Shown: positions 53,121-64,000 of the stretch, one piece after another
How positions within the stretch are numbered: position 1 is the first letter of the stretch
Layout of the letters: every line of letters begins with the position of its first letter
Assembly (NCBI GenBank): GCA_951406725.2
Contig: OX597817.1
Location: 2,046,001 to 2,110,000, forward strand
Length of the DNA: 64,000 nt
Direction: 5' to 3'
DNA from: Octopus vulgaris
Lineage: Eukaryota
Notes under the pieces: generated by a model
Database searches by the model: none
What the model was told of the DNA's origin: nothing
Seen by the model: the letters and a program-made list of their open reading frames with translations, nothing else
Position numbers and translations under genes: made by a program

Positions 53121-54646
53121 TTATTTTGCTCAAGGTCCAATTTACAATTACAGTTACAGATTAAACATTGCATACACATAAGGGTAAAATGTATTGTAAG
53201 ATCACACATCTTCGTTCTCAAGCTTTGTGCAACCCACCCACCCATAAGCTTCAAAATCTTTATTATACAATGAATTAGAGCAACATATTTAGAAATAGAG
53301 ATATCATAGTACTTAACTCTAAATGGATCCCTTCAATCCCACTCCCCCACGCATTTTCCTCGAAATCTCCTCTGAGTTAGATGTGTGTTGATTAAAGTAC
53401 AGCTATATGAATGAATAATTTCATTAGCATTACACTGGTGAAGCTGTTGCAGATGGTCGATAGAGAGGAATTAAATACTTCCAATTAGGTAACCACCCAG
53501 TTCCACGGTAACTCTAAATAGCTGAACACAAATGAAGCATTGATAGATATTTCGTCAAGTCAGAACTTTTAGAAACGTTATATTCGTAGCAAGGATCGGA
53601 GCTCAAAATACCAATATGAACGTATATGTTTCATCAAACGGTACTCACACTAGTTAGAGAGATGGGCTACCATAACTGGAATGGACTGAGCCATATCTTT
53701 TCTAATGGTAATCTGCACAATCTAAGAATGGGACAGAAATTGTCTTATAACTAACATATTACGGTTGAATCAATCCATTATCCATTAAATTTCTTCCTTC
53801 TTTTTAGTCGTAATAATAAATGGTTATTGTTGACAAGACAAGACAGCCCTGTGTCATTAGAGGAAGGGAAATTATCAAGTTAATAATTTTTCTTATGAGC
53901 ATTAGTATCTTCATTTTCCTTCGGACATTGGTACTGCATGACAGTTTCGTCTACCTCAGGTTTTATCTATTGCTCTACGGTATATATTACTTTAGAGACA
54001 GTAATAATTTTATGCAATGTATGGAGTCGATTTAGTGGATTTCCAGTACATTTGTGGTATTTATTTTATCGACCCTATAAACAATCTATCTGATACACTC
54101 ACTTGACTTTTTATCATTTGATCAATGCTGACAGAGGTAGGCTTGGATTCAACACAGCTTATAAACAAAGTTTTCAAAGTGATGTTAGTCTTAGCACACT
54201 GCCACTGCCGTATGGTTTAAAACTGAATCTCAGCTTAGCGGAATCAACTGTTCATATAAAAACGGAGACTAATATGAATTGCAGACATCTCAATTCAACT
54301 AATTGCGATTCTCTTCATTTTTTCAGACAAAAAGAATGTGCTTAAGTTTGCTTAAGCTAAATATCAAATAAATACGAAATAAATCTAATTTCTTAATTAG
54401 ACACATTAATTATCGAAAGTGACACGTATAACCGATTATATTGACCACTATTTTATTACTAGTATTTGTTTTACGAATTTTGGAGGGTTGAAAGGCACAC
54501 ATAGATATAAAAATATTTCTTCATATAAGAAATTTATTGCATTCCTGTATTATTTCTAAAATTGCCCTTCTCTTAATAACAATAATATCAGTATTATAAG
54601 TGAAGCAGAACCAGAGATTCGGCATTAATATTGTGTACCCAGGTAA

Positions 54647-54845
54647 GGCGGCCAGCTGGCAGACACGGTACCGTTCAGGAAAATATGTTGAACAGAATTT
54701 CTCCGACTTTACGTTCTGAGTTCAAATTCTGTCGAGATCAACTTTGCCTTTCATACTTTCGGGGGTCGATGAAATAAGTACCACTGGAGTCGATGTGATC
54801 GACTTCCGAAATTTCTGGCCGTGTGCCAAAATTTGAAAACAATAT
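54647..54845 (+). mobile_element. SINE family A, diverged
   Basis: Head, B box, core and alternative tail are recognisable. Confidence 0.75.
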
Positions 54846-56773
54846 TGTCATCTAATATACCACTTTGTGCATTGAATATCAACAATGTCTGTTCATTGCA
54901 GATGTCTCTTTATTACTGTTAGAGTAATTTACTCCTACCTCAGGATATTACTATAATATTCCATCGATTACTGAACCAAAAAGGAGAAACCAAAATTATC
55001 GGAATATGAACTTTGAATATGAACTAAATCAAAAGTCAGGAACACCTCTATCGTCATTAATTTGCAAATAAGGGTGTCTTACATCAGCACATGAGTATTG
55101 AAGGTTTAATCAGCAAAAGAATCTAGTTTCATAGTCATGTTATTGACCCTGCTTGTATGAAAGACAATGTCATTGAAAATGATAACAAAGCGGAAGAAGA
55201 TTAAGTTTCCGTATAGCTATGTAAAATATTTTGAGGTTTGCGACTAGAAAGTGTATCAGAGAGAACGATGAACCCTGCTTGAAACCTATGTCTATTCTAT
55301 TTCAGAGCACAACATATATACTTCTTCAGTATTTCAATAAAAACAGATAAATAAAATAAAATAAAATTCCAAACTAGTTTTTACTGAAATAAATTATCAC
55401 TGGTCTACCAATTCTAACAATAGACATAAACAATATGAAAACACCACGGAATTATGGGTAGAAAAACTAAATGTCATCTAATGTTACTGAAATAGCAACA
55501 CACGAGAAATTTTTGAATATAAAAGGTTACAAGAAAGCTGAAATTGTTTACGAGGATATAATCTGTTTGTAAAATCACAATACCCAACCGAACGTAGAAA
55601 AACAAGCTATAGTTTCTTCTCAACCCACTTCCTACGATCGAATTCATTTGTGACATCATTAACGCTGTTTGTTCATAGAAGCTTGTCCTTAACCAATCTC
55701 TGCGTGTCGTGCATTCTTATTTGATAGTCGAAGCAAATAACAGGTAAAATGTATGAAATTGATCCACTTATATATATGGACAAACCTTTGACGTCACAAT
55801 AAACATTGTGCGTAACATTGGCCATCTATAGGAACATAAGCCAAAACGGAAAAAGCTGACCCGTGAGCTTCACAGAAATCGGCTGTCATGCATGGTTGCA
55901 TTTATTTGATACTCACTAAACTTCTTATCGCCTTACACCTGCCCCACTCTTTTAGTCTTCTCGTTTTCGGCGTATATTTCGACCTTGTATCGAACAAAAG
56001 AAACATTTCACACACTAGAATGATTTAGTTACTTATTACTTTCCATAAAGTTTTATCTATTCAAATAATTTTTACAGGCAACATGGAGGTTTACCAATCT
56101 CATACAATTCGCTATGGTTTTACAAGTAAGTCTATTCTTTTCCTACTTTCGGCGTTAAAATTCAGCCATAACTCGGGCACTACGTTCCAGATTTTCTTTT
56201 CGATGTTTATAGCCCTATTAGTTTGTCATGTATGCAGTATATCAACCTCTGTTTATTGAAGGCTAAGTATGGTAAATATGACAAGACAGATTACATGTTT
56301 TAACGATCCTTTTCATCAAACATCCCTTCAACACTTCACATGCCTCCCACCACACCACAAACACACATACATGCATACACACATTTAGGCCCCTGGACCA
56401 GACTAAATAAACTACCGTACAATCGTTTTGATAAATTCTCCGGATAGTTACCCAACTCAAATATATTCGTAAATATTTTAACTATTTTTAAAAGTATTAA
56501 AATCCTAACTGCTTTGTACTTTTATCTCTTTTATCTTTGACGTTTCTAATCCTTCGAAGTTTTATCTGGAGGCTGAAGTGATGTCAGCGCGTGTGTTGTT
56601 ATCCTGTTATCACTGCAGAGTATCTAATATTCGTCGACCGGAGATTGACGAAAATTAATCAATGTACTCTGTACAGGATATATTGCTTATGCTCTCATAC
56701 TCTTGCTGCATCCGTCTCCCTCGTTCCGATTTATATGTGTGTGTATGTACGTATATATGTGTTTGTGAGTGCC

Positions 56774-56816
<43 letters not shown>

Positions 56817-57003
56817 AATGAAAGAATGTATGGTAAATAAACAAACGAAATAACGTATACTGAATGTAAAAACGAACGGGAGACACAAAGTCCACAATTC
56901 TTCATCAGTTATCGACTGACGAAATACACATACAAACACACAGACACACACACACACACACACAGACGCACGCACACACACACACACACATATATGTATG
57001 CAT

Positions 57004-57056
<53 letters not shown>

Positions 57057-57062
57057 TACCAC

Positions 57063-57205
57063 GGGGTTTCAGTTTCTGTCTACCAAATCAGAAGGCCTTG
57101 GTTAGCCGAAGGCTATAGTAGAAGACACTGGCCCACGCAGCGGGACTGAACCAGGCACAATGTGGTTAGGAAGCAAGCTTCCTACCACACAGTCACATCT
57201 GTGCC
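57063..57205 (-). mobile_element. SINE family B head fragment
   Basis: Matches 24158-24315. Confidence 0.75.
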
Positions 57206-58184
57206 CTTATATATATATATATTGGTATATTTATTGTGTCGATTATATATATGTGTGTGTGTGTGTATACTCTCGTTAAAGTCGCATTTGTAGGCCATTC
57301 TAAGCTCAAATTAATGGGGTCGCCTATTACATGGTTTTTTGAGGGGAAAGAATTTAAAATAGTGTATTAGTAGCAGCAAAAGCCCAAATGATTTCTGGAC
57401 GAACTGAAAAGCACAGTGGAGGACTGTAGTAGTACTGAATTTACATGTGAAAACACACGGTTGTGAATACGTCTCCGCACCTCTTATAAATACTTAGAAA
57501 AATAAATTTACATCTCGTTATTGTTTATTATTACTAACTTACCTTAATAAAGAATACATAGCCGACATCTACTCAGCTGTCGTTTGTTTGATGTCTTTCA
57601 CTTTACAACTCACCTACTACATTATTTATATTCGTTGCTGAACTCACACGGTGCTGCATTTGTATTTTTAATGTATTGAATGCCGTTTAAGATTAAATAC
57701 CAGAACTGATAACAAAGGTAGAAACACAAGGCCATTCTCCGCACAAATAGCATTGTTTACTGAACAAGTTGCATTTTTTATTTTAATTCAATGTGGCTTA
57801 AAATCATTAAATATAAAACAGACATAAAATTAATGACAATAGCAACAAGTATTGTCAAGGATCTAAGCAGAAATTTGACTCAGTTTGAAATTGCAATTAA
57901 AAGGTGCATCTTAAATATTTCAAACACAAAAGTTTGTTAAAATTCTGCGAGGTCTCACTCTTCATGATCTTCAGCACGGAATAAAGTGTCACAATTTCAG
58001 GATGAGCAATATCATCGTGACGAACATCTTCATCTTCCCTGTCCATAGTTAGCGATAGCACATCAAATACTACTTCATTCTTCCTATCGTATTTTATGCC
58101 ATCTTATATATAATTCTGTGTGGAACAAGAAAAAAATCTAAATAAGAAGAGAAAAGTAATTCTGGCTAGAAGAAAATAAAGGAA

Positions 58185-58220
<36 letters not shown>

Positions 58221-58318
58221 TGTATGTATGTATGTATGTATGTATGTATGTATGTATGTATGTATGTATGTATGCATGCATGCATGCATGCATGTATGTA
58301 TGTATGTATGTATGTATG

Positions 58319-58391
<73 letters not shown>

Positions 58392-58762
58392 GTATATATA
58401 AATTATAAAGAGGCACATGCTGGATTTGCCTCGTACTTATATGTTTAATCTAGGCATACCTGCTGGTGACGACTTCGCCTAGCAAATTATTTTATTTACT
58501 AAAACAAAGTCAGAAGCCACGGTCCAGGAAATAGATGGCAAATGTTCTTATTTTTCATTCCCTTCGTGTTTTTATCCCTAATAGTGGTTTGGAGTTTAGC
58601 TGCTCCTTCTAGCGTGGAAAGAATCCTATGAAGGACACCTCTTATGTATTTAAATGTACTCTGTATTTATATGAATAATATATAGTCTTTTGACTAATTT
58701 TTCCACACTCTAGGCCACAGGTAGTTGCGTTGAAAGAAGAGAAAAAATCTCAAAGGGGGAGG

Positions 58763-61394
58763 TGTTGTGGCGGACGCCCCCAGGTGAAAAGTGGGCTGGT
58801 CCACTACTAATAAATAGTGGACAGACTCAGTAAGCGAGGTACGCTGTTCGGGTCAGTCACTCAGACGACGAAATACGTCATCACAATGCAGGACATATCA
58901 GATTATGAATCAGATAGCCAATGCTATTAGCATATCTGATGATTGAGTTAAGAATACTCTGCACAAGGAACCTAGTATGACGGAAGTTTCTGCTAGGTGG
59001 ATGTCATGTCTTCTGATACCTGATCAAAAGCGCACGGGGATGATTACGTCACTGAAAAATGTGACCTTGTTTGAGGCAGACCTAGCTGGAAACATTATAA
59101 ATTTGTTTTCACCAGACGGCGTATCGAACTCTATGACAGAATTCAGTTATGACCCAGAAGAAGGTATAACATTTGCAGTGTACTTTAGAAGGTACGCAGA
59201 AATCTTCAACAAAGATGGCAAATCGCAAACGGAAACTAAAAAGTAAGACTATTAATACGTAAATTAGCGCCGGCTGAACATGAAAAATATTGTTATTTCA
59301 TACTTCCCCGCAAAAACTAGTGAAATTTGTTTCCAGCAAACAGTCGAACTGCTATCAAAAATATTCAGTGATAAGAGTTCCCTATTAAACACTCGATGGG
59401 AGTGTTGATATCTAGTTTAAAAAAAGAGGATGAAGATTTTGTCACTATGTCGGGACCGTAAATCGAATGTGCGAAAGGTTTAAATTGAAGGAACTAACAC
59501 CTGATATGTTTAAATGCCTCATTTTTGTACAAGGGCTTATGGCAAAACAAAGATGCGGAGATACATGCAAGAATTCTCACAAGACTTGAACAAACGGACC
59601 AAAGATTAACCCTGAAGACAGTTGCAGAGGAGTGTCAAAGAGTGGTAAACTTCCGTCAGGACGTAAAGAAAATCGAAGAGGAGTTCTCAACAAGCTTTAT
59701 ACCGGGAAGGTATAAAAAATGTTAAGACCAAACCCATGCTACGGATATGGAGCCCTGCGTTTCAGGAAGGATTGTCCTTTCAAAACGCAAAAATGTTACA
59801 GTTGCCAAAATGTGGGACACGAGCTCAAATTGCAGAGCAAAGTTAGGAAGGTCGAGCTCAGAAAATTCTAAAGTTTTCTCAACGGAAACCTTGAAAAATA
59901 AACAAAAGAAAAGCATGCATGCGAACCATGTTTCACTCTGCAACTTTGTATTAGTGTACGAACAAAGAGTGGTAGTAGCAACTGCTCTTCAGAAACGGAA
60001 ATTACATGAATTTCATAGCGAACACTCGGAGATGTCAAGAACGAAAGCTTTGGTGAGGAGTTACGTGTATTGGCCGACAATGGACCGGGATATTGAAAAT
60101 TTGATAGCTTTACCACGTGGCCAGAAGTATGTAGATGCAGTCAACCTACCTCAAAAGCAACAATAAAGTTCCTGCATGAACTTGATACGCTGTTTCGGAC
60201 ACAATAGTATCGGAAAGTGGAACACAATTTACAGGATACGAGTTCAAAAAATTCTGCAAAATGCATGTATCAAGCTCATGTTTGCACACTCCTTCCACCC
60301 CCGAGGTCAAATGGGCAAGCAGAACGATTCGTAGATACTTTCAAGCGAGCGCTACAAAAAGCAAAGAACGAGTTGGGAAATGACGAATCGCTAACTATAT
60401 TCTTAATGGGGGTACAGAATAACGCCAAATCCGAATTCCAGTTCAGGCAAGTCACCTGCAGAGCTAATGTTCGCTCAAAAGATTAAATCGATCTTCGACA
60501 AATTGTTGCCAAAGGCAAAAAAAAAGAAAAAAAGAAACCTAATGAGAAAATACAAAAAAAATTCAACTAAACATTTTTATATCGGAGAGAGAGAGTCCAT
60601 TTCAAAGTATACAAGAACGGTAAAGAGAGTTGGCAAGATGGCACAGTGGCTAAAAGAATTGTAAACCTGATGTTTTTAATAAAAGGTCAGCGATGGGAGC
60701 ACAAACGACACTTAAATAAATTTTAAATCAGACATACTGAAGAAAGGAAGGCAATTCCAATGGAAGTGTTTTACGACATGCTCGATGTGCCAGCACTGAA
60801 AGAGATTGAGCCTAGAAGGAGCAATCACAGAAAACGTAAATAGACTGAACATTTAGAAATAATTCCTAAGCAGAAAAGGTACTGAACTCCCCAGGGAAAC
60901 AAAATTTCAAAAAGGGAAAGGTGTTGGAAAGAAAGAAAAAGAAGCTAATAATAATAAAATAAATTTTGTTTCCTACGGAAGTCGAAATCTCGAAAGGAGG
61001 GGTGTTGTGGCGAGAGTCACGACACCCCCATCAAAAATAGACTTGACCGAATGACTATAAATAGTAGCGGTCTGAGTGAGAGGCAGAGGGAGTAGGCATT
61101 AATTGCAGGAAGTCTTAAGGTGTCATTTTGATAGTTAGTCGGAATATCGGTTGTTGGTTCGTGTATAGTTCGTGGAGAGTTTGTTGGATTGTTACGTTGT
61201 TGTTACCCTGCTTCGTTAGATATTTTATTGTTACATAATTCATTTTACCCATATCGATGTAATTGTGATGTTCTATGTCCCCAATGTTTGTAGTGTCCCC
61301 TCTGTGTAGCCCCTCGTGGGTAATAAAGAATCAGGTTATAGTATAAATAATTATCGTCATAAATAGAGGCGATACTACAACAATTGGCGACGAG
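58763..61394 (+). mobile_element. Internally deleted Ty3/gypsy LTR retrotransposon
   Basis: gag (EFSYDPEEGITFAVYFRRY), integrase Zn finger (LHEFHSEH...RSYVYWPTMDRDIE) and core (RSNGQAERFVDTFKRAL); RT/RNase H missing. A PPT precedes the LTR at 61003-61382 (TGTTGTGG...CTACAACA), which is followed by TGGCGACGAG. Confidence 0.85.
58895..59090 (+). mobile_element. Mariner transposase internal fragment fused to gypsy gag
   Basis: QIANAISIS...LHKEPSMTEVSARWMSCLLIPDQKR resembles mariner LGMRKVSARWVPxLLTxxQK. Confidence 0.65.
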
Positions 61395-62233
61395 TAACTA
61401 CGTCATAATAGTATGTATGTTATATATATATATATATATATTATTTCTAAATCCCTCTAAAGGAGACTACGGCAGCAGTACTGGATATTAATAGTTATCA
61501 CCAAGCTAACATGGCAGTCCAGAACAATAGGACGAATGCTGCTGTTGAATAGCTCCAAGAGGCCATCGCCTCTAGCTAGCTACATGACACACAGACCTGT
61601 GACCATTACAACCTTTGATCAGGGGAGGTCATCAGCTTCCCCACGCTGGTTCAGACATCCACTGACTAGTTTCAGGGTATTTGCCCCTTATCAATGTGAA
61701 GTAGTTGAACCCAGCAGGCATCACTGTTGGCTGTCTGTTGGAAGATTTAAATCCATGAGTCATGGTTTCTTTAGCTCTTCCTCAACTTCTCACAGACCTT
61801 TAAGAAAAAACCCATAGGCGCTGGCTTTCCTTTTATGAGTTCTCTATTGCAAAACCATTTTTGTTGCTATTTCTTTTCTGGGTGTGTTTTTATGGAATTT
61901 CTCATATACTATTGTGATTCGTTAAGACATAAACTTCACTGAGTATGCTTTTTCCCCTGGCTGGAGGCCGAAAAAGATGTTTACTGCAGATGATTTAACC
62001 AACGTCTATGCATTACTTTAATAAATATTTCTACAAGCCATATACGATAGAGAAGACCATATTCAGATAGATATAAAGGTGAACCTCTACATAATAATTA
62101 CTGATGTGCATTTATCTTTGTATTTGATTTTTTGAATATGTTTTCTGTTATGCTTTATGAAGTAACACACACAATGGATAACACTTGAAAGCAGTTACAA
62201 AGTTATCTAGTTATCAATAATTTGACTCGTCTA

Positions 62234-62440
62234 GGTGGCCAACTGGCAGAATCGTTAGCATGCCGGGCAAAATGCTTAGCAGCATTTCGACAGTTTTTAC
62301 GTTCTGAGTTCGAATTCCGCCGAGGTCACCTTACCTTTCATATTTTCGGAGTCGATAAAATAAGTACCAGTTGAACACTGGGGTCAATGTAATCGACTTA
62401 ACCCTTCCCGAAATTCCTCGCCTTGTGCCAAATTTGAATC
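62234..62440 (+). mobile_element. SINE family A with TSD
   Basis: Full head, core and alternative tail; direct repeat ttgactcgtc at 62222-62231 and 62447-62456. Confidence 0.85.
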
Positions 62441-63250
62441 TAAGAATTGACTCGTCGTCTCTAATTGACCCTGATAAGCCCCATTCTCTATAATTAATAA
62501 AACTGACGTGGTTTTTGACAACTTATAGGAACTAGCATAAATTTCAAAAAATTACCATGCTACTTTAATAATAATGGTTTTTGATATTAAGTCATAATCT
62601 CTATAGTTGGAGGGTGGTGGTGGTGGTGGTGTAAATTTAGTTAATGTAATTGACGCACAAAGGTTGGAATGCAAAATTAGAAGATTAACTTGGAATGTAG
62701 AGATGTAACCAAATTCTGTGTGGCCATCGCTCTGCCAATCCTACTCGTTCACACAGTTTTTAAAATAATTATATATAATTATTTTCTTTTGTGATTATTT
62801 CAATCAACAAACAAAATAACAGCTTTTAAAGCAGCTGTTAGTGAATCGAGACAGATACTTTTGATCCTCAATCAGTTTTTGTAACAATAAGAATTATTGA
62901 GTGGGGAAATGCTGTTTAGTAAATATTTTTTTGATGCATGTACTGCTATATCAATAAACATATTAGATACATATTTATAGTTTTACCCAATGCTATGAAT
63001 AATTCTTAGGGATATTTTATGCATGGGTTAGGTAAATTCTCGTCTGCATGCTAAAATTTACCCTTACTCAAACTGCAAATCACTGAAGATGTCTCTAAAA
63101 AGCCAGAGGGAAAAAACGAGGGAGCTGTTTAAGTTTTATGACGCAAGTTGTTCAGCTGAACATTTAAAAAATATAGTGATTCGTATGTATGTATGTATGT
63201 ATGTATGTATGTATGTATGTATGTATGTATGTATGTATGTATGTATGTAT

Positions 63251-63557
63251 GTTAAACCATTGGTTAAACTATTGGGAGTGAAGGACTCCGAGCCTTTGTT
63301 AGGGCATCCTTCTAGGAGATGGTAACTCAGGTAACTGGGATAACTCCGACATAAAACCTGCGGCTCAGTGGTTACCGATGATGTTGACTTGTTCTTCTTT
63401 TCGGATTATGGCTGCTGTTGCTTAGTGAGTGGGATTGACTCAGTGCACAGCCTTTCCTCACTTTAAAAAAATCTTCTTGCACAGGCATTGCATAATAACA
63501 ACATTGATTAAGCTTCGTGCAATGACCATACTCGATAACGAGGGGTAACCACCATCT
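63251..63557. repeat. Truncated copy of the 11978-12615 repeat
   Basis: Close match to 12226-12613. Confidence 0.8.
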
Positions 63558-63564
63558 ACAGTTT

Positions 63565-63629
<65 letters not shown>

Positions 63630-64000
63630 CTATTGGGAGAACAGGAATAACCACTATCGAAAAGAGTGCACTCAATACTCGATTAGAGTAAAGTGAAAGG
63701 GACCATCGATGTTTTGAATAAACAGCATTTCTTCCTTCACGATACCAGCAAACCATTTTTTCTGCCCCGTCAACAACGCAACTAAAATTTATTTCAACCT
63801 GAAACAATATTTTCAACCAGTTTACAAATGAAAGTTTCAAATCCCAGATATGTTAATATTTCAACATCCTTTTTCGTTGCAAGTACAGTAACCAGCTCAT
63901 TTCAACATCCTGCTTTGTTCAGTGTATAGCTTACCACTACAAGTCCAGGTTCTCATGATCATCCTCACACCAGCTCAACTTTTGCCACAGCAAGTCCAGG

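Overview
This is AT-rich eukaryotic genomic DNA, dense in microsatellites and transposons. It is probably cephalopod (Octopus-like), inferred from recalled SINE families and repeat density; no database check was possible. Almost all ORFs in the supplied track are microsatellite artefacts. The only credible host gene is a plus-strand candidate for an Ig-domain, single-pass membrane protein: a phase 1-1 exon at 30366-30461 carrying DTSSYRC, and a terminal transmembrane exon at 48319-48626 followed by a long 3' UTR. The rest is a layered set of mobile elements: tRNA-derived SINEs, CR1-group, R4/Dong-like and RTE LINE remnants, Penelope-like elements (PLEs), two Ty3/gypsy relics, mariners, Merlin-like MITEs and non-autonomous Helitrons. 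There is also a ~42-copy 77-bp tandem array and several long inverted repeats. The most interesting signal is a set of hammerhead-ribozyme motifs. One has an intact core (45648-45739, minus strand). Another belongs to a two-copy family that joins a Pol III tRNA-like head to a hammerhead-bearing tail with a Penelope-style inverted arm (47812-48163 and 51692-52008), a candidate ribozyme-carrying, PLE-mobilised SINE. All alignments and folds were done by eye.
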